Positions 17,897 through 26,195 of a DNA stretch of 32,000 bases are shown here, piece by piece. How positions within the stretch are numbered: position 1 is the stretch's first letter; every line of letters starts with the position of its first letter. Made by a program: the position numbers and the translations under genes. Source of the DNA: Ferroglobus placidus DSM 10642 (GTDB lineage Archaea > Halobacteriota > Archaeoglobi > Archaeoglobales > Archaeoglobaceae). A model generated the notes under the pieces. The model made no database searches. It saw only the letters and a list, made by a program, of their open reading frames with translations, and was not told the origin of the DNA. The DNA lies in NCBI RefSeq assembly GCF_000025505.1, contig NC_013849.1:1-32000 (forward strand), given 5' to 3'.

Positions 17897-19021
17897 AAGA
17901 GCTGCGAGATAAAAGGCGGAGGTGTAGCTTCTCATCACATCTCTTATCAACCCTCCAGCGTACGGAGCTACAAGTCCAGAAAAACCCCAAGCTGTGAATA
18001 TCGCCCCGTAAATTCTTCCGGCATACTTTTTCCCGAAAAATATGGCTGTAGCTGAAGGAAATATTGCGAGAGCACCGCCGTAGTTAGCGTAAATTATCGA
18101 AGCGAGGGGGAAAACGAGGAGAGTTGAGAAAGCTTTCGAAAGAGCTAAAGAAGATGCGGCTGTTGTCGCAAAATTCAAAAGCATGGAATTTACAACTCCT
18201 ATTTTATCGAGTAGCAATCCCCAAATAAGTCTTCCCAAAGCGTTTGCAAATGACGTTATTATGAGAAAAGCGGGAATTAACTCTGCAAGCTCCGGAGTTT
18301 GTTTAGCTCCTTCTCTAAGTATAGGTGCTGCGTTTCCTATAACCATCAATCCGGCGAAAGTTGAGAGGAAAAAAGCAAGCCAGAGAACGTGAAACCTTCT
18401 GTCTCTTAGCGTTTCAGAGAGGTTCAAAGAAATTTCTTCATCTTTTTTCTCAATTTTGGGGTCTCTCATGGGAATTGCACAGAGAGAAATAACGACCAAG
18501 TAAATCAATCCCACGTATATGAACGTTTCAAAGACTGAAGTTACGCTTAGGAAGTAGGAAATAATCGGGGTCATCACCGCAGCTCCGATGCCGAAGCCTA
18601 CGGCAACTATCCCTACAGCGGTTCCAGTTTTATCTGGGAACCACTTAGAAACGAGAGGGCGCGGAACTGAATCGACGAGGGCTATTCCCAAGCCTAACGC
18701 AACCCCAAGTCCCGAGTAGTAGAGAAGTTTAGCTGTGTCCCATTCGAAATATCTCATTTGCGAGGCGATAAAATATCCGATAAATATCACGAGCGCTCCG
18801 AGGAATAGGGGTACTCTCGGACCGGTGCGATCGTACAAAACTCCAGCTGGAATTATGAAAATTGAATAAGTTAAAGTTATGAGGGAGAAGGCGAGCGTAA
18901 GAGGAGCGATGTTTTCTATCGAATAGTACTCCTGAATTGGAGCGTAAAAAAGACTGAAAGTGTAGATTCCTCCGAGCATGGTTAAAATCAGCATCCCCAA
19001 CGGAGGGTAAATCCACCTCAT
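17843..19021 (-). CDS. MFS transporter (OxlT-like, oxalate/formate antiporter family pattern)
   Basis: 12-TM-like pattern with IIPAGVLYDRTGPRVPLFLGA, PRPLVSKWFPDKTGTAVGIVAVGFGIGAAVMTP, FANALGRLIWGLLLDKIG, ATAIFFGKKYAGRIYGAIFTAWGFSGLVAPYAGG. Confidence 0.88.
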   Translation of the reverse strand: MRWIYPPLGMLILTMLGGIYTFSLFYAPIQEYYSIENIAPLTLAFSLITLTYSIFIIPAGVLYDRTGPRVPLFLGALVIFIGYFIASQMRYFEWDTAKLLYYSGLGVALGLGIALVDSVPRPLVSKWFPDKTGTAVGIVAVGFGIGAAVMTPIISYFLSVTSVFETFIYVGLIYLVVISLCAIPMRDPKIEKKDEEISLNLSETLRDRRFHVLWLAFFLSTFAGLMVIGNAAPILREGAKQTPELAELIPAFLIITSFANALGRLIWGLLLDKIGVVNSMLLNFATTAASSLALSKAFSTLLVFPLASIIYANYGGALAIFPSATAIFFGKKYAGRIYGAIFTAWGFSGLVAPYAGGLIRDVMRSYTSAFYLAALSAFLAVLLVFLSRRFFR

Positions 19022-19035
19022 GGAAGAATTTGGAA

Positions 19036-19054
19036 TTAAAATTTTATAAAAACA
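19036..19054 (-). promoter_or_regulatory. Putative TATA element for the MFS gene (possible leaderless transcript)
   Basis: Minus strand reads AATGTTTTTATAAAATTTT with the start ATG at 19021, about 20-25 nt downstream. That spacing fits archaeal TATA-TSS spacing. Confidence 0.45.
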
Positions 19055-19057
19055 TTA

Positions 19058-19114
19058 TTGTTTGCCCGATGAGCCCACGGGGTCTCACTTTTCAACCCCG
19101 CCGGTTCTTCGGGC
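19058..19114 (-). ncRNA. Candidate structured RNA, H/ACA-like or terminator-like hairpin
   Basis: Minus strand GCCCGA-AGAACCGGC-GGGGT-TGAAAAGTGAG-ACCCC-GTGGGCTCA-TCGGGC followed by AAACAA. Nested perfect stems GCCCGA/TCGGGC and GGGGT/ACCCC separated by a largely paired internal region, ACA trinucleotide just 3' of the stem. Confidence 0.35.
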
Positions 19115-19145
19115 GTAATAATATCTTACTTGGTGATTAAAAAAT

Positions 19146-19355
19146 CTACCGCTTGTCTTTCAAAGCTTTCAGGTTTTCCTCGCAGAACTTGAAGAGTTCA
19201 ATGGCTTCCTCTTTTGTTATTTCCCCGTTTGATAGGAACGAACCTATATACGGATAAATCAAGTAATCAAGTTCGTACTGAACTTCTTCGTAACTCAGAC
19301 CCTTCTCTCTAACTTCTTCGAAGTACCTTTTAATGGCTTCGAAGAGCTCTTCCAT
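19146..19355 (-). CDS. Small hypothetical helical protein
   Basis: 69-aa ORF with ATG start (MEELFEAIKRYFEEVREKGLSYEEVQYELDYLIYPYIG...). Confidence 0.5.
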   Translation of the reverse strand: MEELFEAIKRYFEEVREKGLSYEEVQYELDYLIYPYIGSFLSNGEITKEEAIELFKFCEENLKALKDKR

Positions 19356-19403
19356 ACATAGACTTTGGCAAGGGTTTAATATTACTTACCCAAACTATCG
19401 TAT

Positions 19404-21071
19404 ATGCTAACCTTCAAAGAATTTGCTGAATTTTGTAGCGTGATAGAGAAGATCTCGTCAACTCTTGAGCTAACGGCGAGAATCGCAGCCTTTATAAGAA
19501 AAATAGAGGATGAAGACGATCTTTACAACGTTATTCACTTTCTCATGGGTAGAATCTTTCCTCCTTGGGATGAAAGAGAGATTGGAGTTGGAGTTGGGCT
19601 AATCTACGAGGCTCTCAGACAGGTTACCGGCGTTAGCAAAAGCAGGATAGAGCAGCTGGTAAAGGAAACCGGCGATCTCGGCTTGGCTGCTGAAAGGCTT
19701 TTGAAAGAGAAAAAACAGACGACTCTATTTCAGGAAGAGCTTACGATAAAAAGAGTGAAAGAAATATTCGAGGAGATGGCTAAGCTTAGCGGAGAAGGAA
19801 GCCAGAAAAGGAGAGTAATGCTTTTAACGGATCTCTACGTCAGCGCAACTCCCATAGAGACGAGATACCTCACAAGGCTAATACTTGGAGAGATGAGGCT
19901 CGGTGTTGGAGAAGGGATTATTAGGGATGCGATAGCAAGAGCTTTTGGAATAGACTCTTCGATAGTCGAAAGAGCTTACATGCTAACAAACGATTACGGA
20001 AGAGTTGCAGTCGTGGCTAAGAAGGAAGGAAAGGATGGTTTAATGAGAATGAAGATACAACTTCACTATCCAGTAAAAATGATGCTTGCTCAGGTGGCTG
20101 AGAGCGTTGATGAGGCTTTGAGGGAGATGAGGGAGGCTGCTGTGGAGTGGAAGTACGATGGCTCAAGAGTTCAGGTTCACTACGGAAACGGAAAAGTAAC
20201 TATTTTCTCAAGGAGGCTTGAAAACGTAACTTCCGCTCTTCCAGAAATCGTCGATGAAGTAAAGAAATGCGTTAGAGAGAACGTGATTCTGGATGGGGAG
20301 GTTATAGCTGTAAAAGACGGAAAGCCTATGCCGTTCCAGCAGGTTTTAAGGAGGTTCAGGAGGAAGCACGAGATATCTAAGGCTATGGAGAGAATTCCGT
20401 TGATAGTCTACTTCTTCGACATTCTCTACGACGGAGAAATGCTCATAGACCTTCCGCTTAAAGAGAGGAGAAAGAAGCTCGAGGAAGTTATCGGCGAAAG
20501 CGAGATAATAAAAGTAGCTCAGCAAGTAATAACGAGCGATCCGAAGGTTGTTGAAGAGGAATTCAATAGGGCAATAGAGGCTGGACACGAGGGTTTAATG
20601 CTTAAGAGGCTCGACTCTCCGTACACACCGGGAAAAAGAGGCAAATTGTGGCTTAAACTGAAAGCGGTCATGGAAACCCTCGACTTGGTTGTTGTCGGTG
20701 GAGAGTGGGGAGAAGGAAAGAGAAGCCATCTTCTCAGTTCATTCGAATTGGCTTGCAGAGATGAAAACGGAAGGTTGCTGAGGGTCGGAAAGGTAGCTAC
20801 CGGCTTTACTGACGAGGACCTCGAAGAGCTTACGGAGCTTTTCAAACCGCTTATAGAGTATGAAGAGGGGAAGAGGGTTGTTTTCCAACCCAAGTACTTG
20901 TTTGAAGTGGCTTATCAGGAGATTCAGAAGAGTCCGAAGTACGAGAGCGGATTTGCGTTGAGATTCCCGAGATTCGTGAGGTTGAGAGATGATAAGAGTG
21001 TTGAAGAAGCCGACACCCTCGAAAGAATAGCTAAGCTCTACGAGATGCAGTTCAAAAGCAAGGGTGGATAG
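19404..21071 (+). CDS. lig: ATP-dependent DNA ligase
   Basis: Adenylation motif EWKYDGSRVQVHY, VILDGEVIAV, HEGLMLKRLDSPYTPGKRGKLWLKLK, FQPKYLFEVAYQEIQKSPKYESGFALRFPRFVRLRDDKS. Confidence 0.97.
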   Translation: MLTFKEFAEFCSVIEKISSTLELTARIAAFIRKIEDEDDLYNVIHFLMGRIFPPWDEREIGVGVGLIYEALRQVTGVSKSRIEQLVKETGDLGLAAERLLKEKKQTTLFQEELTIKRVKEIFEEMAKLSGEGSQKRRVMLLTDLYVSATPIETRYLTRLILGEMRLGVGEGIIRDAIARAFGIDSSIVERAYMLTNDYGRVAVVAKKEGKDGLMRMKIQLHYPVKMMLAQVAESVDEALREMREAAVEWKYDGSRVQVHYGNGKVTIFSRRLENVTSALPEIVDEVKKCVRENVILDGEVIAVKDGKPMPFQQVLRRFRRKHEISKAMERIPLIVYFFDILYDGEMLIDLPLKERRKKLEEVIGESEIIKVAQQVITSDPKVVEEEFNRAIEAGHEGLMLKRLDSPYTPGKRGKLWLKLKAVMETLDLVVVGGEWGEGKRSHLLSSFELACRDENGRLLRVGKVATGFTDEDLEELTELFKPLIEYEEGKRVVFQPKYLFEVAYQEIQKSPKYESGFALRFPRFVRLRDDKSVEEADTLERIAKLYEMQFKSKGG

Positions 21072-22055
21072 TTATTCAAAAATTCTTTTTATAAGCCAGT
21101 CCGGATCGAACTTAACGAGATCCTCGTAATTTTGTCCCGTCCCCACGAATAGTATGGGTTTCTCCGTAACGTAGCTTATGGAGATCGCACATCCACCTTT
21201 CGGATCCGCGTCGATTTTTGTTAGAATGCTTCCGTCTATTCCAATAGCCTCGTTAAACATTCTCGCTCTTTCCACCGCATCGTTTCCAGCCAAGCTTTCG
21301 TCGACGAAAATCGTTAAGTCAGGATTGGTAACTCTCTTTATCTTTTCGAGCTGGTCTATTAAATTCTTCTTCGTGTGCATTCTTCCAGCGGTGTCTGAAA
21401 GCACTACGTCGATTCCTTTACTTTCAGCATGCTTGATGGCATCGTAAATAACTGCTGCCGGATCGGCTCCGGGTTTATGCTTTATCACTCTAACCCCAAG
21501 CTTCTTCCCGTGCTCTTCGAGCTGCTCTATCGCTCCAGCTCTAAAAGTGTCTCCGGCTGCTAAAACAACGCTCTTACCGGATTTTAAAAGTCTGTAAGCG
21601 AGCTTAGCTATTGTCGTCGTCTTTCCTGTACCGTTTACTCCTACGAAGATTATGTGCAAAGGTTTTTTCTCCTCCAACTTTTTCTCCACAAACTCGTCGA
21701 AATCGAAGTAATTTTTACTCAGTATTTCCCTCAAAATTTCCTTAAGCTCTTTTAGAACGAGGGAAGATAAACTTTCTCCTATACCTTTTCTTCTCCCGAC
21801 GAGTCTCTCTTTCAGTCTCTTGCTAATTTCATCGACGACTTCAAAAGCCACGTCGCTTTCGAGGAGGATCATCTCAAGCTCTGGCAGAACTTTTTCGAGC
21901 TTCCCCTCATCTATTATTATTTCTCTCTCAAGAATGAGTGTTGCGAGCTTTTCTTTTAACCCTATTTTTTCTTTTTTAGCTATTTCCTCCCCCGCTTCCT
22001 CATCAACCTTTTTCCTGAAAGAGGAGAGCTTTTCCTTTAAAGCTTTAAACATCAC
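21072..22055 (-). CDS. ftsY: Signal recognition particle receptor FtsY
   Basis: GVNGTGKTTTIAKLAYRL, AAGDTFRAGAIEQLEEHGKKLGV, VLSDTAGRMHTKKNLIDQL, TKIDADPKGGCAISI, PILFVGTGQNYEDLVKFDPDWLI. Confidence 0.97.
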   Translation of the reverse strand: MMFKALKEKLSSFRKKVDEEAGEEIAKKEKIGLKEKLATLILEREIIIDEGKLEKVLPELEMILLESDVAFEVVDEISKRLKERLVGRRKGIGESLSSLVLKELKEILREILSKNYFDFDEFVEKKLEEKKPLHIIFVGVNGTGKTTTIAKLAYRLLKSGKSVVLAAGDTFRAGAIEQLEEHGKKLGVRVIKHKPGADPAAVIYDAIKHAESKGIDVVLSDTAGRMHTKKNLIDQLEKIKRVTNPDLTIFVDESLAGNDAVERARMFNEAIGIDGSILTKIDADPKGGCAISISYVTEKPILFVGTGQNYEDLVKFDPDWLIKRIFE

Positions 22056-22471
22056 TTCTCAGCCTCTTTCGAAAGCTCTGCTATTTCTCTCTGCAAACTT
22101 TCCATTCTCGAAGCAATCGATCTTATAGCTTCTTCAATCTCGGCTCTCGTTTTTTCCATGTTCTCCTTCTTTCTGTTGAGAAAGTCTATAGCCTCTCTAA
22201 GCTCCTTCTCGATGACGATCCCGCTTCCGACGTCAACGAGGAACTTCTTCTTCTCAACGATATCAACGTAGGCAAAAACTCCGCCGCCGAGGTTCATCAA
22301 CGCTTCAGTTTTTCCTTCAGACTTTTCAAAGAATTCCAAGCTTTCAATAGTCCTCTCAAGCTCCGATTTGAAAAGCTCTATCTCCACAAGTCTTCTTTGC
22401 AAAGCCTCAGCTTGCTCTCTAAGCTGCTCCAGTAAAATTAACCTCTGCTGGATTTCCCTCTCCTTGCTCAT
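22052..22471 (-). CDS. pfdA: Prefoldin alpha subunit
   Basis: Coiled coils flanking LMNLGGGVFAYVDIVEKKKFLVDVGSGIVIEKELREAIDFL. Track start 22483; ATG 22471 is preferred because it avoids overlap with LX. Confidence 0.9.
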   Translation of the reverse strand: MSKEREIQQRLILLEQLREQAEALQRRLVEIELFKSELERTIESLEFFEKSEGKTEALMNLGGGVFAYVDIVEKKKFLVDVGSGIVIEKELREAIDFLNRKKENMEKTRAEIEEAIRSIASRMESLQREIAELSKEAEK

Positions 22472-22475
22472 GGTA

Positions 22476-22652
22476 TCACTCAAGCTTCTTCACTTCTTCA
22501 ATTTTTATAAGATTTCTCTTCACTTTGTGGTTGCTTCCGATTATCGAGTAAACTTTTTCCAGAGCGAATCTTTCGTTGTGTGCCTCTACGATTTTCTTGA
22601 ACTTATTCCACCCACCGGCATCCCTAAACATACCCCTCACTTCGAAGAGCAT
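22476..22652 (-). CDS. rplX: Ribosomal protein LX (L18Ae/L20A)
   Basis: MLFEVRGMFRDAGGWNKFKKIVEAHNERFALEKVYSIIGSNHKVKRNLIKIEEV. ATG at 22652 fits the family better than the track start 22688, which would overlap eIF6. Confidence 0.88.
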   Translation of the reverse strand: MLFEVRGMFRDAGGWNKFKKIVEAHNERFALEKVYSIIGSNHKVKRNLIKIEEVKKLE

Positions 22653-22662
22653 GCCCACCACC

Positions 22663-23319
22663 TCAAACAAATCCAAGGGCTTCCTCAATCAAACCAAGCT
22701 CAAAACCCGTTGTATCTTTTCCGGCTACATAACCTTTCGAGTTTGCAACAACTCCGGTCCCAACCATGTCGCTCCCGAAGTTTACCGTTCCTGTTGCAGT
22801 CTCTATCTCAAGAGTCTCCTCGACTCTCTTCACCTCCCACTCGCTGGCGTTCGGATTTAGCAAACCTCCGGAATTTGTGACTACCGCTGCCATTCCAACG
22901 GTTTTTATCCCCCCAACGGTACCTTTTGCCACTTTCAGCTTTAGTTCATCCTTCAGAACGTTTATTATGCTCTCTTCAACTTCCGGATGGACTATTGCAC
23001 CTCTGTCGTTCATTAGTATTACGTTTCCCATGCACGTCATTTTTGAGCTTACCTTGTAAACGTCTACGTATTTCTCTATTTTCTTAAGCTCTTTTTCAAG
23101 GATTAAGTCGCTTACTATCGCTCCACTTGAATTCATCGCGAGCATCGCTCCAACGAGCTCAGAGCCGAGAATCGTGCTTCTTATGACTTTTACTTCCAGC
23201 TCTTCCTTTATAGCCTCTTCAGCCTTGTGATCTCTAACTCCGATAATAGCGTAATCCTCGTTCGCTCTTACGTACATTCCTATCAGTGGACTTCCGTGTA
23301 TTGCTAAGAGTTTCGGCAT
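22663..23319 (-). CDS. eif6: Translation initiation factor 6 (aIF6)
   Basis: Repeated pentein-fold segments: SPLIGMYVRANEDYAIIG, NDRGAIVHPEVEE, AAVVTNSGGLLNPNAS, VNFGSDMVGTGVVANSKGYVAGKDTTGFELGLIEEALG. Confidence 0.96.
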   Translation of the reverse strand: MPKLLAIHGSPLIGMYVRANEDYAIIGVRDHKAEEAIKEELEVKVIRSTILGSELVGAMLAMNSSGAIVSDLILEKELKKIEKYVDVYKVSSKMTCMGNVILMNDRGAIVHPEVEESIINVLKDELKLKVAKGTVGGIKTVGMAAVVTNSGGLLNPNASEWEVKRVEETLEIETATGTVNFGSDMVGTGVVANSKGYVAGKDTTGFELGLIEEALGFV

Positions 23320-23320
23320 T

Positions 23321-23590
23321 TTACTCCAACAGTTCAGCCTCTACTACTCCGTCGTCGAATTTAACCGCTCTAATCCTTATTTTCGTCGGTGGTTTTTGAG
23401 CCCCCCTTTCCCAGATTTTCTCGTTTATCTTCGTGTCAAGCCTGATCTTGTCCTCGTCGGCTTTCATATGTTTGCTGAGGAATCTTCTAACGTAGCGAAT
23501 CGCTTTCTTGGCTCTCAGCCATCTCGGATATCTCTTCATTTTGTGCTTGAGCCTTATACTGTAAACCCTCTCCAGCACGATCTCAGCCAT
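23321..23590 (-). CDS. rpl31e: 50S ribosomal protein L31e
   Basis: MAEIVLERVYSIRLKHKMKRYPRWLRAKKAIRYVRRFLSKHMKADEDKIRLDTKINEKIWERGAQKPPTKIRIRAVKFDDG. Confidence 0.95.
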   Translation of the reverse strand: MAEIVLERVYSIRLKHKMKRYPRWLRAKKAIRYVRRFLSKHMKADEDKIRLDTKINEKIWERGAQKPPTKIRIRAVKFDDGVVEAELLE

Positions 23591-23595
23591 ACCCA

Positions 23596-23748
23596 TCACA
23601 CCTTAAGCTTGGTATGCCTCCAGAATCTCCTCTTCGGACTCGTAACGACCCTTCTCTTGGTTTTAAGAATAACCCAAACCGGGGGTCTTCTGTTCTGCTT
23701 CAGGAACTTACCGAGCCTTTTTTTAACTCCGACAGTCTTCTTCCCCAC
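23596..23748 (-). CDS. rpl39e: 50S ribosomal protein L39e (absent from supplied ORF track)
   Basis: Minus-strand GTG start at 23748 translates to [50 protein letters not shown]-stop (50 aa), the L39e pattern in its conserved position next to L31e. Confidence 0.93.
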   Translation of the reverse strand: MGKKTVGVKKRLGKFLKQNRRPPVWVILKTKRRVVTSPKRRFWRHTKLKV

Positions 23749-23757
23749 TTTCCCACC

Positions 23758-24093
23758 TCACTTCCTTATTATTCTCGTTTCCCTCCTTTTCGGCATTATC
23801 CTCTTTAGAATTTCGACGAGCATTTCGTCCGTAATCTTTTTCGTAATCCTTCCGGATTGGGCTAAAGCTATGAGCTGATTTTCGACGGCTTCAGCAATAT
23901 CCGGATGAGCGAGCTTTATTCTTGAAAGCCTCTCTCTCGCTTCGGGCTCGAGAATTGCTCTAAGTATGGCTTTCTTTTGCATTTCTATTTGCCTCTGCAT
24001 CTCCTGCTGTTTTGCAAGTTCCTCAAGTTCTTTCTCCCTTTTAGCCTGAAGTTCCATCAGCTTCCTTCTCCTAATTTCCTCTAACTCGTCCAT
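23758..24093 (-). CDS. PDCD5-related DNA-binding protein
   Basis: [83 protein letters not shown]. Confidence 0.94.
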   Translation of the reverse strand: MDELEEIRRRKLMELQAKREKELEELAKQQEMQRQIEMQKKAILRAILEPEARERLSRIKLAHPDIAEAVENQLIALAQSGRITKKITDEMLVEILKRIMPKRRETRIIRK

Positions 24094-24126
24094 AGTATCA
24101 CCTTGATTACTTGTCTCTCAAGTTAT

Positions 24127-24576
24127 TTAGTATTTTTCTAAAGCCGGGATCTCTTTGACGAGCTCTTTCTTAATTTCGGCTGCTATTTTATCGAGAAATG
24201 ACCTGCCCTTCGGAGTTACGATTCTTCCTTCCTTTGTCCTCTGAACGAAACCGGCTTTTTCAAGCTGCTGAAGAGCTTTCCTTATTATCGAACCGCTTCC
24301 TTTCCTGAACTTCGGAGGTTTTACCCCTCTCCTCTTTCTTCCTCCGTAGAACGTCCTTAACCTTTCAATTCCTACCGGTCCGTCCGTGTAAACCTTTCTG
24401 AAGATTGCAGCAACTCTCGTGTACCACCAGTCCTCTTGCTCCGGAGCCCTTTCTTTATGAACTCCAGTTTTAACGTACTTAGCCCACTCCGGCGGGGTGA
24501 ACTCTTCCATCTTCTTAAGTTCCTCAGCCACTCTTGCGATCAGCTTATCCGGAGGTACATCATAAACCGTCGCCAT
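24127..24576 (-). CDS. rps19e: 30S ribosomal protein S19e
   Basis: [60 protein letters not shown]...[17 protein letters not shown]. Confidence 0.96.
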   Translation of the reverse strand: MATVYDVPPDKLIARVAEELKKMEEFTPPEWAKYVKTGVHKERAPEQEDWWYTRVAAIFRKVYTDGPVGIERLRTFYGGRKRRGVKPPKFRKGSGSIIRKALQQLEKAGFVQRTKEGRIVTPKGRSFLDKIAAEIKKELVKEIPALEKY

Positions 24577-24577
24577 C

Positions 24578-24811
24578 TCAACACCTCTTGAAAGTTAGGA
24601 CGAATCCCCTAAAGTCTATAAGCTTTCCGTTAACCTTAGAAGCTATTTCCTGAGCGAGCTCCTTTTTATGCTTACCTCCAGCGGTAAAGTTTCTAAAGTT
24701 TTTGAGCATCCTAACCTTAACGATACCCTTCTTTTCCAGAGTAGCGTTAATCTCTTTTATGACCTCATCAGTTATGCCTTTCTTTCCGATGTTTATCGTG
24801 ACCACTTTCAT
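24578..24811 (-). CDS. YhbY-like CRM domain RNA-binding protein
   Basis: [37 protein letters not shown]...[27 protein letters not shown] at 24811 rather than track start 24880. Confidence 0.85.
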   Translation of the reverse strand: MKVVTINIGKKGITDEVIKEINATLEKKGIVKVRMLKNFRNFTAGGKHKKELAQEIASKVNGKLIDFRGFVLTFKRC

Positions 24812-25074
24812 GAAGTTAAGCTTAAAGGAGTGATTTAAAAAATTTTGCTTCCTCAGCGGAAAACTTTCTGAGAGATGCAAGGACTTTCGCCTTTCGACAT
24901 CGGCTCTTTGACGAGACCCGTAAACTTAACACGAACAACCTCAAGTGGTTATAATATCAACATGAACAGTTTTACAAATCTCAATCTTCTGCTTGAGAGA
25001 ACCGCTTAGAACTTGGGTTGGACGAAACTCTGAACTATATAATGCTTGAGCCATTTTGTATTTTCGTTCAACAT

Positions 25075-25090
25075 CGAAACATTTTTATTT
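25075..25090 (+). promoter_or_regulatory. Putative BRE/TATA promoter for the downstream surface-gene cluster
   Basis: CGAAACATTTTTATTT about 55-65 nt upstream of ATG 25143. A second TATA-like string (CTATATAATG) lies around 25035-25044. Confidence 0.3.
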
Positions 25091-25142
25091 GTTAATTATC
25101 AACCATAAGGTAATTTGATTCCCTGAAAAGTAGGTGGGGCAC

Positions 25143-26195
25143 ATGTTTTGCCCTAATTGTGGAGCAAAAGTTTCTGAAATACACAAATTTTGCTATAATT
25201 GCGGGCAGAAGCTCGATTTCAATCAAATAGAGACTGAAAAAAGCGTTAAAGCAAAAAAAGTTGGTAGTAAAAAAGCCAACCCGAGAATTAAAATCAAATG
25301 CACAATTCAAGGAATGACAAGGATTTTTAAGCCAAACGGCTCTTACAAAGTATACAACTTGGGAAAGTTGTCTCTGAATGAAGCAAAGGAGATCCTAAGA
25401 AAAATGCCCAGTAGAGCTGATTTTTCACAAAAACTTCTCAAATCCATTAAAAATGGAGAAGATGTTTGCCCACCTCATGTGATTTTTTCAGAGGGAGATT
25501 TTTCGCTGAACTTCTTTACAACAGATGGAAAATCACTGGAGGTTTACTGCGACGGATTAAAAAGACTAGGGAAAATCACTTTCGAACCGAACAAATCTCT
25601 TGAGGTAACGCTTGATGAAGCTGAAAACATCTTAGAAGAGTTTTATAACAAAATCGCCAAGTTCAGGAAAGTTAAAACAGAGTTGTCTCCTTTGCAGATA
25701 GCCATACTCTCTGCAGTAGATAATGGAGTGTCGAATTCAAATGCTATAGCTGCAATGACAGGAAAAAGTGTTTTTGAAGTTAAAGAAAACATCAGGAAGC
25801 TTTACTACGATGGGTATCTTGTAGCCAAGAAAAAGGGCTTTTTCAGGAAGAAGTATTACTACGAGCTGACCGATAAAGGGAGAAAAACGCTACAAAAGGA
25901 TGTGGGGAAAGTCGAAGCTGCTGTGAGGGAAGATAGGGATATAATGGACAACTTTGCTGTCGCATACTGGCTGTGGTATTCAATGAACGTCGTTCCCGAT
26001 TCTGTTACTTCCGATGAGATTGTGGATACGATTGGGGAACCTCCAGCGACGGATGAGCAAATTGCTGAATTGGTTTCCGATTCTGCGGATCATGCTGAAA
26101 GCTTAGCTTACGACACGGATGTGGACATAGGAGATGGAGATCACGGAGATGGAGATGGGGATTGGGGAGATGGTGATGCGGATGGAGATTGGTAG
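25143..26195 (+). CDS. Double zinc-ribbon / winged-helix protein with Gly-Asp-rich C-terminal tail
   Basis: MFCPNCGAKVSEIHKFCYNCGQKL; helix-turn-helix LSPLQIAILSAVDNGVSNSNAIAAMTGKSVFEVKENIRKLYYDGYLVAKKKG...YYELTDKG; tail DVDIGDGDHGDGDGDWGDGDADGDW. AGGTGGGG precedes ATG 25143 (track start GTG 25134). Confidence 0.75.
   Translation: MFCPNCGAKVSEIHKFCYNCGQKLDFNQIETEKSVKAKKVGSKKANPRIKIKCTIQGMTRIFKPNGSYKVYNLGKLSLNEAKEILRKMPSRADFSQKLLKSIKNGEDVCPPHVIFSEGDFSLNFFTTDGKSLEVYCDGLKRLGKITFEPNKSLEVTLDEAENILEEFYNKIAKFRKVKTELSPLQIAILSAVDNGVSNSNAIAAMTGKSVFEVKENIRKLYYDGYLVAKKKGFFRKKYYYELTDKGRKTLQKDVGKVEAAVREDRDIMDNFAVAYWLWYSMNVVPDSVTSDEIVDTIGEPPATDEQIAELVSDSADHAESLAYDTDVDIGDGDHGDGDGDWGDGDADGDW
26121..26194 (+). 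repeat. Degenerate GGAGATGG-type tandem microrepeat encoding the Gly-Asp tail
   Basis: Repeated ggagatggagat/ggggattggggagatgg units at the 3' end of the zinc-ribbon gene. Confidence 0.7.

Noticed and set aside
19058-19114. Riboswitch in the MFS 5' UTR
   Set aside because: A TATA-like element lies downstream of the structure and close to the MFS ATG, implying the structure is probably not in the MFS transcript.
22368-22880. 170-aa plus-strand ORF over prefoldin, LX and eIF6
   Set aside because: Antisense to three conserved genes in canonical order.
26134-26181. Upstream extension of the lipoprotein ORF (MEITEMEMGIGEMVMR)
   Set aside because: Out-of-frame reading of the GD-repeat; a start at 26182 gives a normal lipoprotein signal peptide.
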